Source of the DNA: Octopus vulgaris | Lineage: Eukaryota | Direction: 5' to 3' | DNA: 64,000 bases | Assembly: GCA_951406725.2 (NCBI GenBank) | Contig: OX597814.1 | Location: 126,356,001-126,420,000, forward strand | Shown here: piece by piece, positions 1 through 12,730 of the stretch | Numbering within the stretch: position 1 is the stretch's first letter | Layout of the letters: each line of letters begins with the position of its first letter | The notes under the pieces: generated by a model | The model's input: the letters and a program-made list of their open reading frames with translations, nothing else | Databases searched by the model: none | What the model was told of the DNA's origin: nothing | Position numbers and translations under genes: made by a program

Positions 1-377
1 CGCCTCACTATATTACACATTCTTTATCTTGTTGCTGTTCCTTCCCTCACTATTCACCCTTTCCACTTTCTAACCTACACATGCACACACATATAGATGA
101 TTACTTTCCCACATCTTTCTCCCTCATTCTTCATCTACCAACCCCCTTTTATCACATCATTTTCACCTATGAAGAGGATATTTCAGTATCTATTCACTTA
201 TCCTAGTGTAAGTCCCATTAACTGTGACCTCCAAAACTCAATAACCCATTAGACCTGACCTCTGACACTGTTTAGTGCTGCCACCTGACTGTTTAACCCT
301 TTGGGGTTTCTTTGGTCTCTTATTTCAGACTTTTCTAAAATCTTATATACAAAGTTACTTTCTTTCTTTACTTGCAG

Positions 378-549
378 ATGTTGAAGAATGCAATGGCCTA
401 GCTGTCAACTGGGTCACTAATCATCTTTACTGGACTGATGCTAAAACCAGTCGAATTGAGATGTCAAACTATGATGGAAGAGGTCGCCGAATTTTGTTTG
501 GATCTGATCTAGACCAACCAAGAGGAATCATTGTAGATCCAATGTCTGG
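378..549 (+). CDS. LRP/LDLR-family receptor, internal coding exon A (YWTD blade)
   Basis: Acceptor cttgcag at 371-377, donor GG|gtaagt at 550. Translation (D)VEECNGLAVNWVTNHLYWTDAKTSRIEMSNYDGRGRRILFGSDLDQPRGIIVDPMSG is a canonical LYWTD blade. Starts in phase 1, ends in phase 2. Confidence 0.95.
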
Positions 550-1649
550 GTAAGTCAACTCAACTTCTGGGTTTAATCAATATTTTACAGTCTGAAGTTG
601 ACCATTTCTACTCCTAAAGATCTCTGAGAGACAAATTTTATTTATCCATGGAAGGCATAATCTTGCAATTAGAGAATCTTTGAATGTATATATATCAATC
701 CATTTAGGAACTGTAATGGACATTCACTATTTGTTTGTAATGTAACATGTTGCTTGGAAAGAAGTGTGACTGCCAAGGAATATTGCATTCAACTTGCTAT
801 CCAGTTTTGTTATTATGTCAATTATATAATGTAAAGGGCAGTTTAAAAACAATCTTCTGCTATTTTCTTTCTCACTAATTTTCTCATTCTTCCATCACTA
901 CTTATTAACAAGAAACGTTTCAGTTGTAGCTCTCTGTATTGTTGCTAGTTTAATTGTTTCCCATTTTGGATTATATTGCTTACTATTGTCTGTTTGATTG
1001 TTTAAACAGACCATTGTGAACTTGTAATGCTCACAGAAACATAATTTTCTATCTTATTTAACCATAAACATAATATCACTTAGGCAACAAAGTACCAATA
1101 TCAAATTGCCATCTGTGTGTTCCAGTTGAATACTTTCTTCACAAGTGGAGCTACTGGACACTGAAGATAACAAACAAAATAGAAAACAAATCTTTTATCT
1201 CTGTGTTTGGTAGATTCTTTTTCTGTTATCAATGTTTTTCATTGCAATCTTTCAAAAGTCTGAGAATAGCTTTCATTTGATCCAAAAGAATACTTTACAT
1301 TCTAGTTAAGCCTGAAGCAGTTAAAAGACAATTGTTTTGTGTGTATTTACACCTTGTGTTAATAATGTAAAATATATTATTTGTGAATTTTAACTTCACA
1401 TATTTTTCAACTTGTGTCTTTAATTTCTGTGGACATTTTATCACGTTCAGCTGCACTTCATCAGAACTAGAAACAAGATTATATCTATCTTGTTTTAGAA
1501 AGTGAACTTACATCTCCCTCTTCCTCTCAACATTCTAAACATTCATACTGGGTTGTTTTTTTTAGCTCAAAACTATATGAAATGATATCCAGCATTTATT
1601 TCCATATTTCTTGCCATATTATTTCCATATCTTCTATGATAAATAGTCT

Positions 1650-1968
1650 CAGTACACTCTGTAAAGTGGTTGGCAAATAAATATGTCAGGTCAGGGTCCA
1701 AAGGACTCTTTCATCTTGCCAAGAGCATGACACTATCTCTAGTACAGGTGCTATATAATAAAATGTACTCAGTGCACTCTATAAAGTGGTAGATGTTAGG
1801 AAGGTCATCCAGCCATAGAAACCATGCAAAAAAAAAAGAAACATAAGAGTGGGACAGGGTTTCTAACCCATCTAAGAGGGTAGTAATTCCAAATAAGAAC
1901 TAACTCGGACCATGACTACTTCTTCAACCCATTCCAGCATAGAAACTAAATGTAAAATGATGATGACA
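1650..1968 (+). mobile_element. RTE-type LINE 3' end fragment
   Basis: cagtacactctgtaaagtggttggc...ggtcatccagccatagaaacc...ccagcatagaaactaaatgtaaaa(tga)n. The same tail recurs many times in the window, including attached to RTE ORF sequence at 59810-60420. Confidence 0.7.
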
Positions 1969-2584
1969 ATTTCTCCCAATATTTCTTATATTTAACACTT
2001 ATATTCTAAACCTTTAGTCATAAAATGCAGCTGAAGTGGATAAATGGTTTACTTGCTGTGTTGCTCTAAAATGCTCACCAGGATCCTCTGTTTCTCTACA
2101 GACCTTGTTAATATGACCTAAGTACCACTTCCACTTCATATTGCAGTAACAGCTGTTATGAAGGACATTGACCAAACAATTCAAACTAATGTCACTCTAA
2201 GCTTCCAAGATTTAATCACATAAAATTAATGTTATTTCTCTTTGACATGTCACTGCTGCACACATATATTTTAGACTACATTAAAAAGAAAACCTCCAGA
2301 CTAATTGGCATGGAGTTCTTCCCTAGTACACTCCAGCCTTTGACCCAATACTAAGCAATCTTTGCTTCTCAAAGATAGCTGGTTCCAAGCTATCTTCTTC
2401 TATGCCTACATAGCTTACACATCCCTCATTCTTTGAGCATATTGTGTCTAACCATCTCTGGGCCCAGCACTAAACCCTAACCATAATTCTTCCTCCCCAG
2501 TACCAATACTCTGGAATTTTCCCCTTACTTGCAATTGTTCTTGCAGTTGTTCAAGAATATATTAATCTCAGCTGTCTTGAAGAC

Positions 2585-2720
2585 AAATTGGCAGAGTCAT
2601 TAGGGCATAAAACAAAATGCTTTGTTGTATTTGTTCCAGCTCTTTTCACTCTGAGTTCAAATCCCACCAAAGCCAACTTTACGTTTAACCTTTAAGAGCT
2701 CATAAAATAAAGTACCGGTC
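2585..2720 (+). mobile_element. tRNA-derived SINE family B (Meta-domain-like), partial
   Basis: ttggcagagtcattag...ctgagttcaaatcccaccaaagccaacttt...aaaataaagtacc, with a B-box-like gttcaaatcc. Related copies at about 19560, 31620, 47450, 56510 and 58490. Confidence 0.6.
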
Positions 2721-3192
2721 CAGGGTTGTGAATTGGTGTTACTGTTAGAACATTGGACAAGATACCTTGTGTTCCTAGATACCTTATGTTCCTAGACTTT
2801 ACATTCTGACTTCTTAATCCCTCACCTGCTTAGTTCTTACATATTTTTAGCAACATTCTCGCTTTTGTGCACATTCAGGCCCAAACCTCTGGTTTAAGGA
2901 TTATTTCCTTCTCTCCCACCATTCTTGCAGGCATTAAAAACAATATTTAGAAACAGTTAAGGGTACTGCTCTTTCTTCTTTGACAAAGCAATGAAAACAA
3001 AAAGACCTAAAGAATCTACAAAAGCTATGAGCATCACTCCATCCTCCAGACCAACCCATTTAAAAAAGTATATGTTATGTCCTTTATAAGTCATGGCATT
3101 CTTAACCTGTGTTATAGACTTATTTAGTTAGTAATACACCATTTTATGAAGAATGGAATAAGCAGAGCAAGAGCACACACAAAGATGGAAAG

Positions 3193-3237
3193 TGTCACTG
3201 AAGAGGTCACAGATGTGTGACGAAAGGTTTCCAGACA
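3193..3237 (+). ncRNA. Minimal type-I hammerhead-like motif (probably degenerate)
   Basis: tgtca-CTGAAGA-g-gtcaca[gatg]tgtgac-GAAA-ggtt-TC-cagaca. Core boxes are intact and stem II is a perfect 6 bp. Stem I (tgtc/gaca) is out of register. Confidence 0.55.
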
Positions 3238-4294
3238 ATGGACATGAGTTAGAATAAGAACAGTAATAAATAAATGAAAAACAAATATATAGTGCATGTG
3301 TTTATTTGGCAAAAAAAAAAATACAACAATATCTGTTTCAACACACGACTTCATATCAGGAATCTTGCAACACAAATTCATAAACGTAACCTCATTTCAC
3401 TTTACCTTATATTGTGGATTTATTTAACTCCCCTGAGATATTAGAGCAAAGGTTAACAGCTGAACATGTATCCTTCTTATCCTTGATTACTTAACTCTAC
3501 AGTATTAACATTTTCTTTTAAAATAATTTGACCCCCACCAAAAAGTTTCAACTGTTCTAATACAGTTATATTATCTGTGTCATGATTATATCCAATCTTC
3601 TGATAAAAGTATTTCTCAGCTTGTCTGAGAATGGTTAAACGAAGCTGATAGCAGCTTAAATTCTACTTAAATTGCTTTGATATATTGTGATATGTCTGAC
3701 TTGGAAAGGTTTGTTGACTACTAATTAATTATCTTCCATAATTATCTTCTAGTTATAATTGAAAACTAAATTGGATTTTCTATTAAACAAGTAAAATTTC
3801 TTCCTATCAGCCAGACATCAATGCTGAATGAGGGGAAAATTGCCTGAAATATCTCATGTTCTATTGCTTTTTAAATATCATCTTTACTGTTGTTTTCATT
3901 GACTTTCTCCTCATTCTCCTCCAACGTCATCATAGACATTATCATCATCATCATCATCTGTTAATATGTATCAAAGAAAAACAACTCTTATCAAATAATA
4001 ATTGCTTAGTTATGTCTCTTGCACTCTTCCTTCAGTACATTAACAACTACCTGCTGTTACTTCTAACAACAAAAAACTCCGTTACAGATAATATTTCTCT
4101 CCACCCCACTTCAACCTTTTACATACATGCAGCCTAGACATGTCACACCAGACATGCACTATCTGCACGATAAATGAAACCTGACAAATATCACCCAACA
4201 AGGATACCACTAAATCTCTATTTTTCTTGAAAAAAACTACAGATACAATCAGTACATATGTCAAAGAAATAAGACACTCTATATGGATATTTGA

Positions 4295-4490
4295 CTTCTA
4301 GAAATAATAGCCAAATCTCCCTTAAATCATATCCTTGCCATCATAAACCAGAAAGGCATAAGGGATTATGTAAACCGAAATACACCAACTAAAACAGAAG
4401 ACAGGATGATCATAGTTGAATTGCTTTTGATAATAGATATTTGGGGCTAGGATTGACATGGAACTTAATAACAAAAACAGCAACAAGAAT
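4295..4490 (+). mobile_element. Interspersed repeat family C (ends in aac-type tail)
   Basis: ctagaaataatagccaaatctcc...ggatgatcatagttgaattgcttttgat...aacaa. Related copies at about 6660-6870(-), 17110-17740, 19875-20040, 26000-26160, 35315-35520(-), 36035-36200(-) and 44740-44925. Confidence 0.6.
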
Positions 4491-4595
4491 TCTGTAACTC
4501 ACCTTCTATACATTTGAACTCATTCACCACTAGACATGCTGTACCTCACAATCTCTGACAAATAATCATAATTACCTTGATAATAACTTATATAT

Positions 4596-4639
<44 letters not shown>

Positions 4640-4641
<2 letters not shown>

Positions 4642-4860
4642 TTATATAAATAAGGATAAGATCGTTATTTAAATATCGAACTTATCAAGTAGCCAGCATG
4701 GGAATAAAAACCTTCAAAGGTAATAATTATTATTAAAATTATAATTTAGGGTATCTAAGAGATACCAGGTGCTGTATGAACTTTTAATGTGGTTTTAGAG
4801 TCAAGTTTTGGCTGCTATTTCAAGTGTGATGGTATCTCTCATATAACCTAAATTATAATA
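4640..4860. mobile_element. Short foldback insertion between (TA)n tracts, PLE pseudo-LTR-like
   Basis: 30-bp inverted arms at 4738-4767 and 4830-4859 with 3 mismatches, flanked by TA-rich repeats. Confidence 0.5.
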
Positions 4861-5999
4861 TTATATATATTATAATATATAATTATATAATTATAATATA
4901 TAATTATATAATTATAATATTATATATATATATATAACACAAGTGTGTGTGCATAGGTATAGCTATGTGATTAAGGAGTCAACTTCACAACCACATAGCT
5001 TCATGTTCGATCCCACTGTGCAGTAACTGAGGCAATTGTCTTCTACTATATTGCCCTATACTGGTGTGTGTGTGTGTGTGTGTGTGTCTGTGTACTTGTA
5101 ACCACTTGATAACTGGTGTTCACCTGTTTATGTCCTTGTAACTAAGCAGTTTAGGAAAATTCAAGACATAAGTACTGGAGTTAATTTTATAGACTAAACC
5201 CTTCAATATTTGTACATGAGGGATTGTATATATGTATGTGTACGTATGGATGTGTGTGTTAAATAAATCGGTAACTAACATTTAAGTAATAAAAACTATC
5301 CCCATCAGAACCAATAATGAAACTAATAAATAGCAGTCTAGGGTGAAAATTTATATTTTAGACATTATACACCAATAGTTAACAATAGTAATCAAAAGAA
5401 ATCATGAAGGCAAATATTGGTTCAAAAACATTGTGTGGTATTAATCTTGCAAGACCATAGATCTGCAAGAAATTCAGCTTGTATTTGACAGATCAGTGTC
5501 TCTAGAAATCCACACAGGAGTATGACTATATATCATCTGTTACTATATTTGGAGGCACTATCAGCTAATCATTTTTTTTTTCTATTTTTGCAATGGAGGC
5601 ACTTTTCTTCACCAACAAACATCAGCTTAGTGAAAATAATTGCTTGCAATGATCTCCCACCTATTGGATATTCATATTCAATAGAATTGGATGCCCTTCC
5701 TATCAGCAACCCTCACTTGTTTCCAAGCAAGGTAGTATTTTCCTATGATTGGGTATGTTTTCACAGAAGATTGGGAACAAATGACACCATGTATGTGATG
5801 GGAATACTTACAACTATTAAGTGTTGTAAAGATTTGACTGCAGAAACATTTGCACACACACACTCACACTATAAGCTTTTTAAATTTCCATCTACCAAAT
5901 TCACTCACAAAGCTTTGTTAGCCCAGTGTTATTGTGGAACTAAACCTCAAACCACATGGATGGGAATCCATGTCAAGTAATGTTAATAGGATTGTTTAG

Positions 6000-6257
6000 T
6001 ATTTACAATTACAAGTGTTTTCAATTAATTTGATCTTCAACTTTCATCAAGTGTCTTATTCTTGGATATGAACATAGTAACAGATTTGAACTAGAAGACA
6101 TTATTATTAAAATATAGATAATACCATTCTAATAAACTAAGTCACTAATACAGATACCTAGTTCAAATCCAGTTAGGTACAGCATAAAGATCCAAGAATA
6201 AAACAAATGATGATGATTGAAGATCAAAATTATCAAAACATAGTGTCAATGTAAATA
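6000..6257. repeat. Decayed inverted repeat / MITE-like foldback
   Basis: Arms 6000-6094 and 6158-6257 share reverse-complement blocks such as tttgatcttcaa/ttgaagatcaaa, ttattcttggat/atccaagaataa and gatttgaactag/ctagttcaaatc. Confidence 0.7.
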
Positions 6258-7316
6258 TTAATTTGCTACAAGTACAAGGTCACAAATTTAATGTAGGTTG
6301 CAGTGTATTGTCAATTAAATTGACCCAGCACTTGACTAATTCTGTTTTCTTGACCCCTGAAGGAGGAAAGTCAAACACAGATAATGGAAGAACAAAAAGT
6401 TCATCTCCAAAGACAAGGTTAATAGTCAGAAAAATTCTAATCATATTAACAATAACTGATCTCAGACATTTAGACATTTAATCAAATAATATTAGTTTGC
6501 TGCAAGAGGAAAAAAATATTTTGAACTAAAACTTCATTGAATGGTTGCTATAGACTTGTAAACAACAGTTTGAAACTGGTAAAAATAAACTGTGACTCAC
6601 TGATAGGAAGTTAACCACATATCCTCTACTTGCATGATAAATGAATTATCATGTATAGCAAATGTTGTCGTTGTTACTGTTATTGTTGTCATTGTTTAGC
6701 CTCTGATAAACCTTCATCAATCAGACCTAGGATCAAAGGAATTCCAGTCATGACCATCCAGCCTGTTTAATGCAATCTTTACCTACTTTATCTAACATGT
6801 GTTTTCCTATTTTAATACAGTAAGGCATGGTTTAAGGGAGATTTGATTACTATCTCTAGGAGTCAAATGACAATAAAACCAGCCATTCCATCAATGTCTC
6901 AACCACATTTAACCGGTGACTTTTGTGTTGCAAATTTAATTACAAATATCAAACTACAGTGCTTTTGAGCATTTACCTCAACACCTACATCCACAAATTT
7001 CACCCTGAAAAATCTTGTCTCACTCTGCTTCAGTTGCTGAGTAAATTACAAATGAAACAGGTGAGGATTTGTATTGAGATAAATGCTACTACCAATATTT
7101 TTTTTATAGTTTAATGCACAAACAGTGTAATAGATAAGACATTTGTCTTTAAGCAAAAGCTGCTTCATTCTTCAATTGAGTTGTTTACAAATGCTTGCCA
7201 TTTAATACTACATTTCTTAAAACCTTTGTTAATAACTTGCATTATACATATATGAACTAAATGCATTTATGTGTGTGTGTGTGTGTGCCTCATTCATTTT
7301 ACATCTTTTTTCCAAC

Positions 7317-7320
<4 letters not shown>

Positions 7321-7376
<56 letters not shown>

Positions 7377-7435
7377 GTATATACATGTATATGTGTGTAT
7401 ATGTATATGTGTGTATATGTATATGTGTGTATATG

Positions 7436-7470
<35 letters not shown>

Positions 7471-7499
7471 ATATATATATATGTATATATATATATGTG

Positions 7500-7582
<83 letters not shown>
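7321..7582. repeat. (TA)n/(TG) compound microsatellite
   Basis: Read directly from the sequence. Confidence 0.95.
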
Positions 7583-7586
<4 letters not shown>

Positions 7587-7589
7587 ATA

Positions 7590-7900
7590 AAAAGAATTCC
7601 AACCTTGTCTGATTTTCACGTTTTATTTACAATCTTATAATGATATATTATAAGATAATATATTATAATTGAATAAAATAAAATGAAATAGTAGAATGTT
7701 AAATATTCATTCTGATTGAACTAGTACTTTCATGCATTGAATTCTGCAATCTTCGGGTTCATGTAGTAGTGTTGACAGTCATGCTATTTAACATTCTACT
7801 ATTTCATTTTATTTTATTCAATTATAATATATTATCTTATAATATATCATTATAAGATTGTAAATAAAACGTGAAAATCAGACAAGGTTGGAATTCTTTT
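7590..7900. mobile_element. Perfect 116-bp inverted repeat with 79-bp spacer, inside (TA)n; PLE-type inverted pseudo-LTR
   Basis: 7590-7705 is the exact reverse complement of 7785-7900. The spacer carries a hammerhead motif on the minus strand. Confidence 0.8.
7717..7761 (-). ncRNA. Minimal type-I hammerhead ribozyme motif (U4C variant)
   Basis: Minus strand reads tgaac-CCGAAGA-t-tgca[gaattcaa]tgca-t-GAAA-gtac-TA-gttca. It has a 5-bp stem I, a 4-bp stem II, palindromic gtac in stem III and a UA cleavage dinucleotide. Confidence 0.7.
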
Positions 7901-7934
7901 ATTAATATATTCTTCTATACACAATCACACACAC

Positions 7935-8893
<959 letters not shown>

Positions 8894-8894
8894 T

Positions 8895-9150
8895 AGTGAA
8901 GGTGTGTGGTCTAGGGTTTAGATGTTGCTTGGTTTCCATTCCTGGACTCTGTGATGTATTGCATTCTTAAGCAAAACACTTCATTTGATTTTGTTCTCCA
9001 GCTACTTCAACAATCTGACGTGTGGCGTACCATACACTCGTACAGACAATTTGATTTGACAGAGGGAGTGAGCATATGTACAACACAGACATTTGATCAT
9101 TATAAACAAATCATCTGTGTAGGTTGTTCAGCCAGAATTTTCAGAACACT
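8895..9150 (+). mobile_element. Degenerate SINE (family D)
   Basis: ttcttaagcaaaacacttcattt matches the reverse complement of aaatgaagtgccttgctcaagaa at about 53600. Confidence 0.45.
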
Positions 9151-9167
9151 CATGTGTCAAGAGAGTC

Positions 9168-9206
<39 letters not shown>

Positions 9207-9226
9207 AAAATATATATAGAGAGAGA

Positions 9227-9583
9227 GAAATGACTGTGGTAAGAAGCTTGCTTCCCAACCACATGGTTTCAGTTTCAGTTCCATTGCATGGCACCTTGGG
9301 CAAGTATTTTCTACTATAACCTCAGGATGATCAAAGCCTAGTGAATAGATATGGTAGACAGAAACTGAAAGAAGCCCGTTGTGTGTGTTTGTGTGTGTGT
9401 GTGTTCCCCAGTACCGCTTGACAACTGGTGTTGGTGTGCTTACATCCCTGTAACTTGGTGCTTCAGGAAAAGAGAACAGTAGAATAAGTACCAGGCTTAA
9501 GATAAATAAGCACTGAGATTGATTCATTTGACTACAAATTCTTCAAGGCATTGCCACAGTTTAAGGACTGAAACAAGTAAAAG
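9227..9583 (+). mobile_element. tRNA-derived SINE family A, tail type 1
   Basis: tgtggtaagaagcttgcttcccaaccacatggtt...ggcaccttgggcaag...gaaactgaaagaagccc-(TG)n-...gactgaaacaagtaaaag. Confidence 0.85.
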
Positions 9584-9601
9584 GCAACAGATGTATATGT
9601 A

Positions 9602-9633
<32 letters not shown>

Positions 9634-9819
9634 CTCGCACGCACACACGCACACATATATTCATTTACTTGAAGGTGAAACTTCTCTCTATCATTGCCTT
9701 TGAGTTGTCTTTTCTTTTCTTATTCTTCACTGCGAAAATGAAAATAGGAAACTTAGAGCAGCAAATGAAGTAATCTTCAGATTTGAGTAAATGTTTAAAC
9801 TCTACTTCATATTCTTTAT

Positions 9820-10194
9820 TTTTTTATTTGTTTCAATCATTTGACTGTGGCCATGCTGAAGCACTGCCTTCAGTCAAACAAATCAACCCCAGGATTTATT
9901 CTTTGTAGGCCTAATACCTATTCTATCAGTCTCTTTTGCCAAACTGCTAAGTTACAGGTACATAAACACACCAACATCAGTTGTCAAGTGATGGTGGGGA
10001 ACAAACACAATATATATATTTATACACACACACAACAGGCTTCTTTCAGTTTCAGTCTACCTAATCCACTCACAAGGCTTTGGTTGGTCCAAGGCTATAG
10101 TAGCAGACACTTGGCCAAGGTGCCACACAATGGGACTGAACCCAGAACCATATGGTTGGTAATCAAGCTACTTACCACACAGCCAGTCCAGCAC
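9820..10194 (-). mobile_element. SINE family A, tail type 1
   Basis: Reverse complement of the same consensus as 9227-9583 and 48944-49330. Confidence 0.85.
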
Positions 10195-10265
10195 ATATGT
10201 TGAGAAATCTTTCATCCCATTTCTCAATTCAAAAAAAAAAAATTTTTGAAGACACACAATATAAT

Positions 10266-10703
10266 GTGCCTGTGGCTGAGAAGCTTGACTCCATGTGCAG
10301 TCCCTCTGAGTGGCACCTTGAGCAAATGTCTTTTATTATAACTCCTGGTCCAACTAAAGCCTTGTGAAAGGAGTTGGTAGATGGAAACTGAAATAAGTTT
10401 GTTGTCTATGTATGTGTGTGTATATATATATTTCTGTGTGCTGTGCATAAGTTGATGTCTCCTTGTCTTTGTACTGCATGATTGTTGTAAATGAATATCA
10501 CTGTCATACAAACAATGTCTGTCGTTTCTAATCTTCCATGGAAACAAATGCACTCATGGGGAAATATTACCTTACTTTGAAGTTGGCGAGAGTTGGCAGC
10601 AGGAAGGGCATCCAGCCATAGAAAATCTGCCTCATCAACTTTTGCCTGAATAATGTGAATGTGGAAAAGCTAACATTAAATGATGATGATGATGATGATG
10701 ATG
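10266..10703 (+). mobile_element. SINE family A head with RTE-like tail (tail type 2)
   Basis: Family A head, then ggaagggcatccagccatagaaaa...gtggaaaagctaacattaaa(tga)n. Confidence 0.75.
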
Positions 10704-10770
<67 letters not shown>

Positions 10771-10989
10771 TACCCAAAGTTTTTCAGGTTATTAACCTAG
10801 ATGTACAATGTCAGTGTACATGTGCATCATAACACTAGTGTATTGAGAGGAAAGTTAGACTTAAGAGAAATTAGATACTGTGTGCAATAGAGAAGACTGC
10901 AATGGTTTGTTTATGTAATGTGAATGAATGGACAATAACATAAAGAAATGCTGGTAACCTAAAGTGGAAGGAACTAAAGTACCATATAA

Positions 10990-11182
10990 AAAGCACTAGT
11001 GCTAGTACCATGTAAAAATCATGCTGGTGCCACATGAAAAGCACCCAGTACACTCTGTAAAGTGGTTGGCATTAGGAAAGGCATCCAGCCTTAGAAACCA
11101 TACCTAAACAGACAAAGGAGCCTGTCAAACCATCCAACACATGCCAGCAAGGAAAATAGATATTAAATGATTGTGATGATGA
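10990..11182 (+). mobile_element. RTE 3' end fragment
   Basis: gcacccagtacactctgtaaagtggttggcattaggaaaggcatccagcc...atgccagcaaggaaaatagatattaaatgat. Confidence 0.75.
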
Positions 11183-11399
11183 ACCTCATAGTTAGCAGTG
11201 AAAGGTTTCAAAATACACATCTACACTATATTTTGATCAGTTTGATCTCAATCAAAATAGTGTATCTTGGACATGTACATTTGCAATTTGGGAATTGATA
11301 TATAATTTGTCTATTCTGGACTTACCCTAATAATATGTCTATTTGGCCCCTACAATTCCACAATGTTTGCAAGCTTGCATATACCACCATGTAGAGTGT

Positions 11400-11800
11400 A
11401 ACAGATGCAGTAAATTTTATTACAGCAGAGCCATCTGCCATCTATAAATTTGCATAAAAGAATACATGCATACAAACACCTCATTGATTAATCAACACCT
11501 CCAAAAAGTGCTGTAACACACAAACACAGTCTCCATCAAAGCCAAAGAAGAGAACATCAAGAATCTGAGAATCAAGGAGACCATTCTCATTAAGTAGTTG
11601 AAAACCACCCTTAACCAACAGGAAATGCATGAGGCTAATTAGTTAGTATAATAATAATACCAATCTGCACTTGTTGCAACACTACTCCAACCCAACCCAA
11701 CCTATCTATGCATGTTGGAAGAATGTTGCACCCACTTCCATTCTTATAAGAGCTTGGTGTGGCTGAAATATTGAAAGAAATAATGAAAAAGTGTAAAACT
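11400..11800 (+). pseudogene. Decayed Penelope-like GIY-YIG endonuclease C-terminus plus 3' region
   Basis: About 11545-11630 reads KEENIKNLRIKETILIK*LKTTLNQQE, resembling the R-x-K-E-A-x-x-I...P-x-L-N end of PLE endonucleases. A decayed HHR-like motif follows at 11741-11779. Confidence 0.5.
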
Positions 11801-12539
11801 TCTTTATATTTTTATTGTACTGTTGTGGCTTTCTCAGTCAAATTTTACACACACAAACATGTGCTTGTTTACAGAAGATATGAGTTCTTGTCCCACAGAC
11901 AGCTTTTGATTTTTCCCATCCAAGGGGTTTTTTGTTTTGTTTTTTGACCAATATATATACTGTTATGTTAATTGTAACTTTATCTACTTTGAGGTCTACT
12001 CCAATTTACTCCAAGTCTCTTATGTCATAAACAACCCTTATCATATGCATTAAACCTGCCTTTTGTTCCCATCCCCAGCTCCTGCAGACACCCCAACCAT
12101 GTCGGCTCTCTCTTGTCCTCTCCCTGACAACAGTATTATCTTTACAACTCCCATTGCTTACTACCCTACCATTCTCTTCTGCATCCCTCTCTCTCTCCTA
12201 ACTCATGGATTTTTGTTCGCCCACCCTTCAACCCTACCCATTTTAGCAGCCTCCATCACTCATTCTCCTCCTTATACCATCTTGCAGACTTATTCTTCAA
12301 CTTAACCTGTACCTTGTGGGATCATCTGGGCACCTTATCACATTATTTATTTCTTGCAGCTCCTACAATTCATTTTCTCTTTCTCTCTTTTTCTTCTCAA
12401 CTAGATGTGAGTAGTCAAGCAAATCCTCTACAAGAATCTGCAAAGCCCTTTCCCTCTTGTAGTTCACTTCCTTTATCCCCCAGCATGAAGCTGACACCTG
12501 CTCAGAGTTTATAGTTCTGTGAGCTACATGGTGACCACT

Positions 12540-12730
12540 GTTGTCCAAGTTGTACAAGAAAAGTACCCGGTCCACTCTGTAAAATGGTGGGTATTAAGAA
12601 GGGAATCCAGCCATAGATACCATGCCAAACAGACTTTGGAGCATGATGTTGTCCTTGGACACATTGAATCCTGTTAGATCATCCAACCCATGCCAGCATG
12701 AAACACAGACATTAAAATGATGATGATGAT
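12540..12730 (+). mobile_element. RTE 3' end fragment
   Basis: cactctgtaaaatggtgggtattaagaagggaatccagcc...catccaacccatgccagcatg...attaaaa(tga)n. Confidence 0.75.

Noticed and set aside
5522-5980. 152-aa ORF
   Set aside because: Runs through decayed SINE sequence on the opposite strand, with no domain similarity.
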